Source of the DNA: Pecten maximus | Taxonomy: Eukaryota | DNA length: 64,000 bases | Assembly (NCBI RefSeq): GCF_902652985.1 | Contig: NC_047018.1 | Span: forward strand, 50,654,001-50,718,000 | Reading direction: 5' to 3' | In this document: positions 26,401 to 41,400 of the stretch, piece after piece | Position numbering within the stretch: the first letter of the stretch is position 1 | Layout of the letters: each line of letters begins with the position of its first letter | Notes under the pieces: generated by a model | Database searches by the model: none | What the model saw: only the letters and a program-made list of their open reading frames with translations | What the model was told of the DNA's origin: nothing | Translations under genes and position numbers: made by a program

Positions 26401-29400
26401 AACGGCCGATATCAGTAAAGGATTCCTGTTTACCATCACTCTGGCGACGTCTGTGGAAATATGGCACGAATACATCGAATATCACAAATGTATAAGTATG
26501 AGGCTCCTCGTGCAAGATGAACTTGTTGAATAGTGTGTTTTAACAATGCACTTTCATCAATGAAATATTTTCAATAAAACTGTGACTCTCGAAATCGATT
26601 AAAAGGGGAGAGGGTCAACACATTGATGGGTGGAATGAAACACAGGAGGGTGAGTCTTTTTCGCTTCTTGGAAGTGTCACGTCATCAAAAGAGGAATCGA
26701 TGTATAGGTTATGTGTATTGTATATAAATATATTCTGCTATGCAACCATATTTGTAGAACAATTTAAAAACTCTCATATAAATTATTAATTATGTGTAAA
26801 TTGTACATCTTAGCTACATGTTTTCTACATCTCTATAAACATTGATATATATTACCTTCTGACGATGATGACAATAACAATAGCGATGACAGCTACAGCA
26901 ATCACCCCTGCTATAGCTCCTACTATTGGCCCAACGTCTACTGGAGGTTGACTTTCGGATTGTTGGGCTTGTTCTGTTACAGAGAAAAATAGCATTAAAG
27001 AATTTTGAACGATTTCAAACACCTAACAAAAATGGAAATACAGTACAAAACTTCATTGTCGAACTATTTATATATTAAAACAGCCGTTTGCAAGCTGGAA
27101 TATATATCATTCTACAAACATTTGTATTCGACCTAGCACTGATTTTGCCTATTCAGCGTACAAGAAGTCAATTGCATTTGTGATAAATAAAATTTTACAT
27201 TGGTCTTCTCCGTATTCAGCGATATTACAACCCCGAGTGTAAAAGTTTTGCTGGTCAATAGGAATCTTTCCGAGTGTTGCCGAGCCGTACTCTTCTACGA
27301 GAGTTGTAATATCCTTCGGACAGAGCGATGTTTTATTAGTCTAGCGTTCTTTAAGATATGTTGATGTGAAACCTATTCACCGCATAATTGTCAGTGTCCT
27401 ATGAAATCAGTCGGGACATTGTTACAATACATACAATGACGACGCTATCCCACTGTAAATAGCGGCATACCGTGTACTCGATGTTTCCCCCTATGCCGTC
27501 TGGGATAGAGTTTTCGTATCCTTAAGAACCACAGAATCGCCCTAAGGAAATTAATTTGTTTGCTGCATAAAATTGTCTTCTTCCTGTGTGGTTTGGTTTT
27601 GTTTGGCTTATTTTGTTTAACGTCCTATTGGCAGCTAAGGTCATTTAAGGACGGCCTCCCGTGCTTGCGACATGCATGCGTGTGTCGAGTGCGTATGTGT
27701 GTTGTGGAAGGCTGCGGTATTTTCGTGTTAAAGTCTCCTTGTGATAGGCCGGAACTTTTGCCGATTTAAGTTCCTGTGTGGAGCTGTGCTATTATTTAAC
27801 TATACATTTTGTACTAATGATGCATTTTTGCTGTCGTTCAGGAGTTGCACGTGTTTATCTTTACTTAACTGAGAAGAAACGCATAGGTAGAAATAAAAAT
27901 ACCAGTACTTGTATTGCAGAATTGCCCTTTGTAGCCAGGCTCACATTCGGTCGCGCAAGCACCAGTGTCCTGCATACAACTACTACAATGGCCGCAGGTC
28001 ATGTTGCATTTCACTCCGTATAAACCCGCCTTACATTCTGTAGAAAGTCAAAGAAAACATGATTAAAGCTTTGCGACCTTTAAGTAGCATGCAGTCATAA
28101 TGTTTTTTCATTATAAGATATGTGTAACGTAACAACAGCACTATCATAACTATGGTTTAAATGATTTGCTCATCATTTGTTCATTTCAATATATATTTTT
28201 CTACCAACACTGCTATAATACACTTACCCGTGCATTCCCCGCTCAGCTGATCACACTCAACACAACTGCTATTGCATTTCATCGAACAGTTTGTACCGTG
28301 AAATCCTCCAGAACAACCTGGCAATTAAATAACGTAATATAGTGACGAAGATGACAATAATTTTTTTGTAGTTGTATGTATTAGTTTCTTAAGACGTTCA
28401 ATTGCCTCTCATTCCCTTCACGCCATAAAATGAAAGCTCTCCAATGATCTCGAGTACATAATGTAACAACATTAAACACCCAGCAGTGTTGTAATCAATC
28501 GTTATAACGTAAATTAGGATATTTGGATTGTGGTTTTCGAGTTAGGGGAAAGCCGGAGTATCGGATGAAAAACCATCGACATACGGTCAGTACCAAACAA
28601 CGCCCCACGTAGATTTCAAACCAACAACCCAGAGGTGGAGTGCTAGTGGTAAAGCGTTGGGATACCTTAATTCGGCCATCGCATCCCGTCTGACATGAAA
28701 GCGTCAAAATTTAACAAACCATGTAAAAACGTCGTCGGTTTTGAAATAATAAATGTTCCGGGCGCACCGTTTTTCGGCTTGGTCCGTCTGATATGAAAGC
28801 GTCAAAATTTAAATCACCAAATTATAACGTCGTCGGCTTTAACATACCGAATATTCCGGATGCACCGTTTTTGACTTTGTAATTGGGTAATTATATATAA
28901 TTTGACTTTACTTCCGTGAACACAGCAGAGGATATCTATCGTCCTTTTGCATAAAGTGTGCCGTTTTATCATTCTTCAGTAAGGTATGGTTCGTAAAATT
29001 CGTATTTGTAAAGTTTCTACTAGTGACATTTCATTTGCTGCTTGTATAAACACGAAGATACCTTTTCATACAGCTTCGTAACTTAAAAATTTTCGTAGCA
29101 TTTGTCTTAGTCAGATTTAAGATTAGCATTTCACAAAAACTCCGTTTCTTACGAATGTTCGTAAGTTTGACAAAAACCTTGCGCAACTTTACGCCATACC
29201 TTTCTGTAGGAAAACAATTCGAAATCGCACGCAAGCATGGCCATTTTAACAGAAAATTACGCATATTCGTAGACTGGATCAACAGTAAGTTTGTTTTAAG
29301 ACAATCTAATTAAAATCTAGATGGTCATTCTCACTACGTTATTTGAACATCTAACAACATCCCAGAAGGGGTCACGTTCTTATGACCTTGCACGGTCTTT

Positions 29401-32400
29401 GTTAATGGATATATATATATATGAATATATATTGAAATCATTTCAATGTTTGTTTTTAAACGAAATTCTACAGTAGACGTCGTGGTTTGTGAATAACCAT
29501 GACTTCAAAAGCAATCACCTAGTAACGATAATACAAAATATTGTTTAACGGCGTTCCGAGGAAAGGATTCCATTTTACCTACGGCTCAGATACCAGAGGT
29601 CGGATAGTTACATGGACGTCAGAATAAGCCAAAATTTGACACAGAAAGTACACACACCAAAATAAAAACACAATATTTTGACAAAAAAAAAACAAAAAAA
29701 AACGGTAAAATTTTCCGACACTAAAATATCCCAATTTACGGTATGTATATTGCAGCCAGCAAAATCATAGACAGCACATGTAGATGTACATCAGTACATA
29801 AATTAATTAATGTATTTGAAAGCTACATGTAAGTAATTGGACAGCTAAAGGTGCGATATTGAATGAGCACATACTTCAGCAAAGCAATATCATGAGTATT
29901 TATCAAATGTGACACAGACTTTTTTTGTCATCACTCTCCAAGTATATCTGGCGTGTACATGTGTATACCCAGTGTCAGATTTCCCCTAAACTATAATTGT
30001 TCCTTTAAGGTTAGAATCACAATTTTTACATCAAACATACATATATATGTATACATATTCGAACACTTTATTGAGAGCGCATAACCTGCATTAATTCTTA
30101 TTTCGATTTTTATCATTATCACAATGACACCAAAATCTAATCGAGCTTATTCCTCAAACCTGTAATGCATCAATTTGTTTAATGTAGCATACATTACCTG
30201 CTTTTAAACAAATTGATGTAAAGTTATAGGTACTCCTTGTTGCAAAACTTGTTACTTTTTTAATCGAATGTCTAATGATTTCATATTGAAAAAAAAATTC
30301 TTCATTAATAATCATTCGCTCAAACCGTATAAAATGGTCAAAAAGCCCAATATTGATTTCATCGACTAGAATATATTTTTCGGTTTAGATAACGAGTACG
30401 TTTCATTTATTGATTAAAGGGAGTATTACTGAATTGGTCTGCGTATTTCACATTATATGATATAGTAAACTGTTATTTACCTATACAGTCTCCTGAGTCC
30501 CTTCTACACAACGTCTCATTACAATTTCTAGGACAGTCCTGATCACATTCATTACCGTACTTTCCAGTAACGCATTCTGAAAACATAAAAAAATCATGAT
30601 TGATAATTATTTGTTTGCCTGATATTGCCATTTATCAGTTTCAATTGCACGAGTTATAACACGTTATCGTTATTAGTAAAGACGAACTAATTGATTCAAT
30701 GAAAAATGCCATGTTCTCAAACTATTGAAACGCCTGCTCATGTTACCAGAATATTGAAATTTGTGCTAATGACACATATATATTTTCGATCATCATAAAC
30801 ATGAATCACTCATACGTAATATAGCTATCAAAAAAGAACGATATCGTATAAATCAATAACAGCCTTGAACATACATTTTCTCTTTTAAAGTCAGTTTTAG
30901 TTCAGATCTTAACCGATCTCATGATATATTTGCAATATCATTCAGACATGGTCGTTATTGATTAAACAGTAACTCACCTGTACAGGACCCTGTGTCCCGT
31001 TCACATGTGTCCTTACAATTTCCTGAACAGTTCTGAACACAGTTAGCACCGTACTTTCCATGAGAACAGTCTATAAAATATTATATTTCTCAACAGCAAA
31101 TGGTACTTAAACACATATCATCGTTGTGTCGTCATTTGAATGTCACAGAGTTATCAACTTAATTACCATAATTAGTTAAACTAGTGTATTTTTTTTAATA
31201 ACTCTCATGTATTCTATTAATAACTCTCATGTGTTATATTAATAAATTTCTCAACAGATAATGAACTCTCCAATATCAAGACAAAGAGGCTGTACGTTCA
31301 AGTAAGATATAAGCTCATTATTGTACACGATAAACAAGTTTGGCTTATACTCATTACGTTGATGACTGTAAGGCCTGCATTGGTATCACTGTGTTTAAAT
31401 ATGCAATACTATTATCTAATTTATAAAGTTGTTGCTTACCATGACAGTTCCCGTTATCTTTCTCGCATAGACTATTCAGGCAATTTCTAGAACAATTCAG
31501 TTCACATTTGTCCCCGTGCTTCTGGGGAACACAATCTATAAAAAATGGAAATAAAAGGAAAATCATAATTATTAATGCATCATATCTGAAGATGGACTTT
31601 CATATGATAGGTTATCCTCGTTGTATCTAACTTATTCGTTTTAGTCAAATGTTTATTGAATATTGTGGAAAGGTCCTCATACTTGTGTATATGAGAATAT
31701 GTGTAGTCAATCCTGTATAGTGATTACACTGATTTTCACAGGTAAGTTAGGACTATGTTACTTGTGATTCTAATCTCAAACCCAACGTAAGGTCACTGAA
31801 GTGTAAATGCATTGTCTCAAGTAAGTTCATCTGTTTGTGCGGCCATTGCAACCGGAGAAAGGGACCGATCAAGAGGCATTATGTCCATAAAATGCGGGGA
31901 GCTGGGTGCTCCAATAGTTTATTAGGATTGAGTGTCCTCAGGAAGCCTACAATGAAGGCAAGTCTACAGTATCGTACAAGTGGAAGGTAGTATATGGAAA
32001 CTGCATAAATGCAGAATAGACAATTGGTGTGTGCCTTGGTCCAGGAGGTGCAGTGTTGTACATACATTTAAATAATTCGAAGCAGACTGGAGATAACATA
32101 GAAACGTTGTGCTCGCAACTTGAGGAAGGGACTGTCATAGCACGGTTACGTGGGTAAGTTATATAAGGACAACTATATATAATTATTTAGTTATGTAGGT
32201 GATATAAATGCATAGGTGTACTGTGTTATATAGTCGCGTTAGTGGTTATGTTAGCATTGTATATGTTGTACATGTAGGTAGCTTATTTCTTAAAATTTTG
32301 TTTATAATAAATATTTGTTTGCATATATTTCTGTGTTGTGAAGTCTATCAGCTGATAAGTGAGCCGGCCTTTTTTTTCTCTATCAATAAGCATTTGTCAC

Positions 32401-35400
32401 GGAGTGCAATGTATTCTTCAATGTAACAAACGTTGATAATGCATTTATTAACGAAAATAATATCAATGGATTAGTAGAGGCAGTCAATAGTATATACTAT
32501 AGTAGACTGTTATTTACCTATACAGTCTCCTGATCCCTTTCTACACAACGTATCATTACAATGTTTAGGACAGTCCTGATCACATGCATTACTGTACTTT
32601 CCAGCAACGCATTATGAAAATATAATGCATAATAGATCATTACTAATTTTTTCCAGCTATTGCTTTTGATAATTTCTATTTTCATCAGTTATAACATGTA
32701 ATAGTTACCATATCAAAGACAAATGTATTGATACAATGAACAAATACCGTGTTCTCGGAATATTGAAGCGTGACAGACAGGCACGTAATCGATCATCGTA
32801 TTCCTCAATCAATCATTCGAAACATAGCTATAAGACAACGATGCCTGCCATACACTGTACCAATAATCGCCATGGACTTTGATCTTATTATTTTTATGAA
32901 ATATCAGAAATATTATTCAGTCATAGCCGTAAGATTATTTTGGTACATAATATCTTAATTAAACAGTAACTTACCTGTACAGGATCCTGTGTCCCGTTTA
33001 CATGTGTCCTTACAATTTCTTGAACAGTTCTGTTCACAGTTAGTACCGTACTTTCCAGAAACACAGTCTGTAAAATATAATGTCGCAATAGAAAATGATA
33101 CTTCAACTCATATCAACGTTTTATCGTTATTTGAATATCTTAGTATTATCATCTTAATTTCTCTAACTTGTTTAATACAACGATGAATAAGGTTTACAAC
33201 CACACAATTATTAATTTTTTTGTATGATTTTGAATTATAAGTATAATGATAATCATTACCGAAGATGTGTCACTGTCATGGACGGTGCAAAGCAAAAATC
33301 CATTATTTAACTCCTAGATGAATTATAACCTTCTCATACTAAATTTATATAAAGAGAAATATCGTTCGGATACAGATAAATGTAGTGTTTTATTTATCAT
33401 TGATTCAGATACTTGATAATAAATAGAGGATATCTAACAGTGTCTTCAGTAATACCAAATATAATTCGCGAGTGGGGCTAATATTAAATAATATCAAAAT
33501 ATAAGCCACACGAGTGAAATATATTTGGTATTACTGAAGACACTGTTAGATATTCTGTTAATCACATTTTTTATCAACGAAAAACCTACCCCGTATGCTA
33601 ACTAGGCCTACAGCGATAGTTTGTAAACAAAAAAAAGTAGTACCCCCTGTCCAGGTGCTGACATATATGTCGGGCTTTCTGATTGGTCAATTATTTTGGT
33701 ATTTTCTAATCATTAATTTGATTGGTCAAATCAGCAAAAGTGATATTTTTCACTAGTGAAAAATATCACTTTTATAGAATGAATAATTCTTGATATTTCA
33801 CTGGTAAAAATGTAATAAATTGTTATAGTCTCTACATGATAATGTTCAATGAATACATAAAGCAAATAAATGAAATAGGTCATTCAATGAAATATTTTCA
33901 ACACGTAACCTGTGGCAGCGTAAAAGACAAAATTTCGACTGAGCTTGTAACGGGACAAATACATACGACAGAGACCATCGTGCAATCTTCATCAAAACAT
34001 GTATTTAGTATTTGTTATATGTGAAAACAATACACATTATATAACTATAATCTGTCACAGCAGTTGAACTGTATTGGCGAACACACACAAACAAACATTT
34101 AAAATTTATCTCGATTTATGATATTTTACAGATAACAAATCTTTTAATGCATGCTTTTCTGACTTTTCAAAATTAACGGTCTTAATCGTTATATTTCATA
34201 TTCCAAAATTAATAATTATAAAATCACGAATATGTTCGTAAGTTAGAAAGCCGTAACTCACCATAACATTCCCCGTTGTCTTTCTCACACAGTCGGTCCT
34301 GACAATTGGTAGAGCAGTCCTGTTCACATCTAATGCCGTACTGCCGCGGAACACAATCTTAAAGCATGTAAAATAACGATAACTTCCTTCGTCAAATATG
34401 TGTTCTTTTATTATCAATATTTCCTTATGTATCTTTGCCATTAATGTAAACACTGCCTTATTTTGTTGGATGCATTAACCATGGAGTAAGTAGTGAGAAT
34501 CATATCGCCACTTGACCACCACATTATAACACATTTCCCCGTGACATTTTCACGCAGCATTTCCTAACAATTTGTAAGGCAGCCATAATCGCATGTTTTC
34601 ATATTTTTCAGGAATGCATTCTGAAATCATAAGAACCTTCCCAAAAATGACTATATTAACGGATCGGACTGATCGCTTCCTTATTTCATTCCCTCAATAT
34701 CACCATTTTGATTATTATCTTCATTTAATAATAAGCATAGTAGTTGGATTGTTTCCGTGTATAATGATTACACCGACTATAAACTGTAACTCACCGACAC
34801 AGTTTCCAGTGTCCTTTACACACAATGATTGATTGCAAGTTTTGGGACAGTCCTGTTCACACGTACTATTGAACTTCCCGGGAATACACTCTGAAAATAT
34901 AAGAGTCCTCTTTAACTTTTTCTTATAACAGACATTACGGCTCCTATCATTTATACAATAGCAAATACATAGTGTATACATTGTACAGTTAAAGGAATCG
35001 TTAATCCTTAATAAACACATTGCGATAAAACAAAAATTACGGAATAAACAGCCTTTTGATCGCAGAGATATTGGTATTATAATTATCACCTAGATTTCGC
35101 ATTCTCATCATTTTGCTCGCACACGCTTTCAAAGTAATTTGTAGACCAATCCTGGCCACAAATAATGCCGTAATCGTCAGCAACGCAGTCCGATAAAATC
35201 AAACTAAATATAATTGTTAGCTTCTTAAAATATGTGTTTATTGGTACTTGATATGCGATCATTATGCATAAAGTTATCACTTTGAATATACTGTACATGT
35301 ACTTTGATTCACTTACATAAGAATATCTTATAAACTACGTTTTCTTGCTGACTCGAAAATTCCCTGTCTAAATTTTATATACAATCCTGTTCCTTCCATT

Positions 35401-38400
35401 CTTAATGTTATTGTGTCAGGGTTGAATTTTAAACTTATTTGATTCCAAAACGACGTGATAATAAATGGAAACTACATTGTGTTGCTACCTTGAGAAATTT
35501 CTCGATTAAGTCTTTATACAATCTTCTTACTTCCATTCTTAGTGCTATAAATGGTTGCAGTCGTATTGAGATAACGGTTAATAAAGAGGAAAATTAATGG
35601 AAAGCGTGTTTGTTTCGAAGAATTTGGTTTGGTTTGGTTTCGTTTATTTTGTTTAACGTCCTATTAACAGCTAAGGTCATTTAAGGACGGCCTCTTGTGC
35701 GTGCGACATGCATGTGTGTGGTGAGTGCGTTTGTTTGTTTTTGGAGGCTGCGGTATGTTCGTGTTAAGTCTCCTTTTGACAGGCCGGAACTTTTTTCATC
35801 AATCTTGAATATCCACGTCTTAAAAAAAACGTCTCTTCTTTCAAAACTTTCTATTTTGCACTTTTTACACTAGCATTATCCGTTTCAAATAGAAGATCTG
35901 CCTTCCTTTGTATGTTATGAAAAGAACATAATTTTGAAATATCCCAGAGGTTATTTTGCTAAAACGACAACTAGATTCTAAGAGGAAATACGGAATTGCT
36001 CGGATAATGAAATCAGAAGAATTAATTTCTGGTCGACAATATCTGTGTTGAGTTTGTGGGCAATACCTTACGGCAGACTATTAGCATGAGCATTGGAACA
36101 AATTGTAACCCTCTCTGGGCCGACTTGTGTTCTGTTTTCAATCGAGGTTGACTATATTTGAGACCTTATCAGAACAGGTAGCAGATAACTTGTCAAGTTC
36201 TTCCATTTTACCTTTACATATACTGACGATAGGAAACAGATGTACCATGCATAACTTTTAATCAAGGAAACTACAGACAATTTGCCACATAAATAATGTA
36301 CCTCGATCTCTACATGGAACGTAACCGAAAGGGACAGATTACTAATAAGCTTTACCTGCCATACAAATTAAGTTCATATCCTTGTTAAGTCTCATTCTCA
36401 AAATGAGAATTAGGGTGGTGACAACGGAACAATCAGGCATGTAGAGAAGCATTATATAGTTATAAATGATCATGTAATAATCTTTGATTCACCTGTACTG
36501 TGTCATGTGTCCTTTCCACAATTGGTCTGACAATTCCCAGGACAGTTCCATTCACATTAAAAGATTTTGTCATTTCCTCAATGGTATCATTTTAACACAT
36601 AACGATTGTCATCCTAATAGTATTCTTCGAGTCTGAGTCTTTGAATGTACTTTCGTTTGTATGTGTTAGCTGGTTTTAATTTTTTAAAGTGTTATTTCTA
36701 TTTAAAGTAATCAATGGAAATACTTCTTGAAGAAATTATTAACCTCCTCCTTAATATAATCTTAATTCCTTACAGAAATATTGTCTTCCAAAAATGAAAA
36801 AGTTAGAAACTGTTTCTCACCCTCACAGTTCCCACTGTCTTTCTCACATAGACTCCCCAGGCAATTTGTAGAACAATTCTGTTCACATCTGATGCCGTAC
36901 TTCTGAGGAACACAATCTGACAGCAAATATTGATATGATAATCATCTGTTCATGATATAGGTTATGATATCAAAATTAAGAATTAGTTATATTGACCATA
37001 TAAAACAAAGACCATTTCGATTGAAAAGTCTTATTTAACCTTTCAAAATAAACAAAAAAAAATGCAACTAACTGTACTTTCACTCAACAAGATCAATGTT
37101 ACAGTATAAAGGTAACATGATTGCAGATACAAATTCATATTTGTTTTGTTTACATGAATTGTACAATTTCTAATGGTTAATCTATTAGTTTTAAGCGTTA
37201 AATTAAGATTATACAAAATGTTACATCGGAACTATATATGAATACGTTCACTGAAACCCCCTTTAACATTCAATCTCTAATTTTGACACTGGTTCAAAGT
37301 TCTGAACTTTTGTAAATGTTATTTGTCATATATATGACTTTGTTTAATGAATAATTTTATTATCATAAACAATTAACCTAGTATAAAAATAGTAGCAACG
37401 AAATATCATCGATGAAGCATATTGCTATGAAATGTCGAATCCTGTGTTTACTATCAATATAGACTTGAACCGTTCTTGAAGTATTTGTTCGTTTTAATTA
37501 TAAGTCATCTTTTAGAAGAAGTTGTGAAGCTGTTATATAGGCAAACATATACTGTAACATTCTCTACTTCTATGAAAGTGCACTTTCTATACGAATAATG
37601 AGTATAAATCTAGGCCTAAATTCACAGTACATTTATAACTACTACAACAGAAGTTAGCTTGGCCGTATTTAGCGTAATGGGAAGAAAAGAACTAATTCAG
37701 GCGCGTTATCCTATTCGTGTATTAAACAAATACCGAAATAAGAAATTTATTTTTATATAAGGTCTTTGATAAATGACAGCCCATTGTATATTGTTCACAA
37801 ATTAGAGATTAAAGGAAAGCATGCATATAGATATGGGGTAAAGAAGTAATTATAACAGCATGGAAATAAAAATTTCAAATTGTCGAAGCAATCCGCCCCT
37901 TTGCCAAGACACAAAGAATACAAATAAAATAAACCAATATATAAACAGTACTAGAAAATACAGTAAGACTAGTATTTTTGGTAATAGTTGAAATAACAAC
38001 CATGAATCCTTCCGCTGGCGTTGGCTAACGTAACATGTTCAAAGCCAATTTCTATGATGGAATGCTATGTTACCAACGGCCAAGACATTTGAAAATATCT
38101 CGCGCGTGCAAAATAGATGTATATACATACAGTGTGTTTTACGTTTACCGTTGATTTGTAACATAATGAATAACAGAATAAAACGAGAAAATACCAAAAC
38201 AAATGCCAGTGTTCTTCGAACAAACATTGTCTTTACAATTCTTAGGACAATTCGAGGTACAGTTGTCGTCATATTTTCCTGTGAAGCAATCTGAAAAGAA
38301 AGACAGTTTCATTCGATGTATAGTTCACTACTATGGTCACCTTATATGGATTGAATAGATTTTTTAAATTTTCATTGCGGCTATGAATACCAGTAGCTAG

Positions 38401-41400
38401 CTACATATCCCGTGGCGCGCGGTTCATATATTTACATAACCTTGATTTAAAAAAATTTTATCGAGAAAACGAGAAATTTTATTAAAAAGAAAAATTTTGG
38501 TCATGTATACGACGAAACGCCAAATTATTAGAACAGCCGGGAGATCCCGCCTATGCACCACGCCATTGTTTTAATGTCGTTCCGCATTTTCCGGTCTTTT
38601 GTGTTTAATTTTGTATAAAACAAAAAGAAAGAAGTATTAAAGTAAAAATAATATTAAATACAATCATTCAATTCAAATCATATTTATTTTATGTGAACAA
38701 ATTGCAACAAAAACACAATATTTTCATAATTGAAAGGCTGACTATTTTTTTGATGGCGTATTAATATGACCCGATTAATCAGGTGATTTGCACGAGAGAC
38801 AATGTTTTCATACGGTTTTCATAGTGTATTCATGGTCAAAAGTTTGTTGTTTTCACTTGGTATGTTCATATCAGCAAACCACATTAGGAATGGAAATATA
38901 TATTCTTGTGAAGCAATCTTTAAAGAAGGAATCCATTCGAAATATGTTTCACCATCGTGCACTATGACACGATTGTAATTCACATTAATAATATAACTGT
39001 TTTTCAAAACTTGGATAATTGTTTTTTGCTTTACTGCATTTATAACTGCATGATGGTTGTCATATTCAGACATGCATTAGAACGGAAATGTATTTTCATA
39101 TGTTTCGCCTTCTAATTACTGTGAGATTGTCACTTTCAGTTCTGCAAAAAATCAGATATCAACATAATCATATATTGCACGAGATAATACTTAAACTATC
39201 CTTTAAATGACAATGCTGTTATACCATATATAATCACAGTTCCTGATAATGCATAGCGTGAGGTGAGTTTGAAAATCGTTGATATGCCCTATTGCACTGA
39301 ACGTCAATTCATCTAAGTTTGCCAAAGACATTTATAGCCACATTGATAAAATACCTCTAGGCAGAAAACACATTGGCTTTACCTGGTTAAGTTAAATTGC
39401 CTGATTTTGATTGCTCAATCAAAACTACCGTATAATTGGTTTTTGATTCGCCGGCTTCCTGTGATGGATTGTCTATCTAATTACTACTTAATTAGACTTT
39501 GTTTGGAAGGGAACAGAAGTTATTAATCTAGTTTCTCCCGGCATTACTAGTACTATATATATGTGTAAAATTTAAGATGAATGAATGACAAAAATCTATA
39601 TCAAGGAACCAATAGTATAAAGTAATTAGATACCGGGTACCATAATGATCTACCCGTGAAACATTCTTAATTTCAGAGGAAACTAAATTTTCGAGAAAAA
39701 AGATTGATCTGATTGTACATGTATCTACATATTCTAAATGCCTTTGATAAATCAAGTCATCAATTAATCGTTCTTGTTGCAAGTTCATAGCATAAGTAGC
39801 GCATTATGAATATTTCTGTAGTGTGTAATGGACATATTTGTATTTTCTTTTTTTGGTATTGCATATGTAGATAAATAATGGTAGCTTACAGAAACAGGCA
39901 CCTGTTTGCGAGTTACAGTTACCACCATAACACGCCCCTGGACACTGATTGTTACAGTGTCCGTCACCGTATCTCCCTTCTTGACATCCTGTTGGAAAAA
40001 GAAATAGAGATCGTTAGTACTCACAAGTGAATTCATTTCCTTTTTTAACCAGATAGTTTTTGAACTGATCATCATCCATAATACCCTGATAAACTGTATT
40101 ATATAAGAAACATAGCATAATACTACCCCATCACAATATTTAAAATCTTTAATTGGGTACAACGTAGGAACACTTATATTGTCAAACCAATTATCCCATT
40201 GTTTTTTATCAATTTGGAAGTAAACAACAACACAGATGACCGGATAGCTGTATTTAAATTTTAAGGTCCTTCTTGAAATTGCAAGAGGAAAATTACGGCA
40301 ATTTTACTTCACGTTTTAGTTACGGTTGGAAATATACAGCCTGGCTTGGCAAACATAAAAAAAGACTTATAACCATTCTGATCAATATTAAACTAAGTGA
40401 AAATCCAACATATTTTCACACCTATCCAATAAACCCCAAATGTATTCTTTCAGGTATACCTACTGCTGTTTTACCCTATTTAAGTGATATTTATAATTAC
40501 ATCACTGAATCATTAAATATTATATTTTGGTATGTTTAAGTATTAGAGCTATCAAAAATAAGCTGCTTACATAATATGTACGTATACGTTTACGTATATC
40601 TGGACGTTTATGTTACGGAACATTCATTAATGTATGAATCTGAGACATGTTTCATTATTTTTTTTCATAGTCATGCAAATCAACATTAATGATTTTAAAC
40701 TAGGCAGGCATTTACAGGTAACAACCACGTTTGCATATGTGTTTTCGGCTAGGCTCAATATTTCATGGTGGTGGGACAAACAAGTTTTAACCTATCCAGT
40801 TCTTTATTTGTACATAAGTTATACAGTTCAATATTCGTTACAGTACATATTTACTTCCGTTTTTCGATACAACCTCGGTGTCGATCGGTAAAAAGCGTGA
40901 AGCATGGCGTGATTAGCGCGCATGCTATTCAAACATAATATAGACAAAGACGGTATTCCGGCGGGAACACAGACGGCGCTTCCTTCGGCTCTCAGAGGGT
41001 ATATACATCATCTGCTAGCTTGTTAGTTAGACCAGTTTAGTTTTGACTCCTGAACAAGCAACAAAGACCAGTAGGTACGGGTTACGACGATTTGAAGTGA
41101 GGTAGCAGACTGTATACGTAGCTGAGCTTGGTCTGAGTGCGACAGTGAAAAGTGAGGTGTTCCAGCTGGTGTGTGTGTGTGTGCTGGTCAGTGTTGTATG
41201 TGTTATGTTCCATTGAGCGTGCAGACGTAGTCCTAAGACAGAGAACTGGGTTTTAAGAAAACTGTAAATTGTATATCAACGGTCCTCCTCACATAGACGA
41301 TACTTTGCTATAAGAAAGGAAATATTTAGTGTTGTTTAGATTATAGGTAGTGAGTAGCTATAGGTAGAGACATTTCTCCCTCGCTCTACATCTATTTGAT

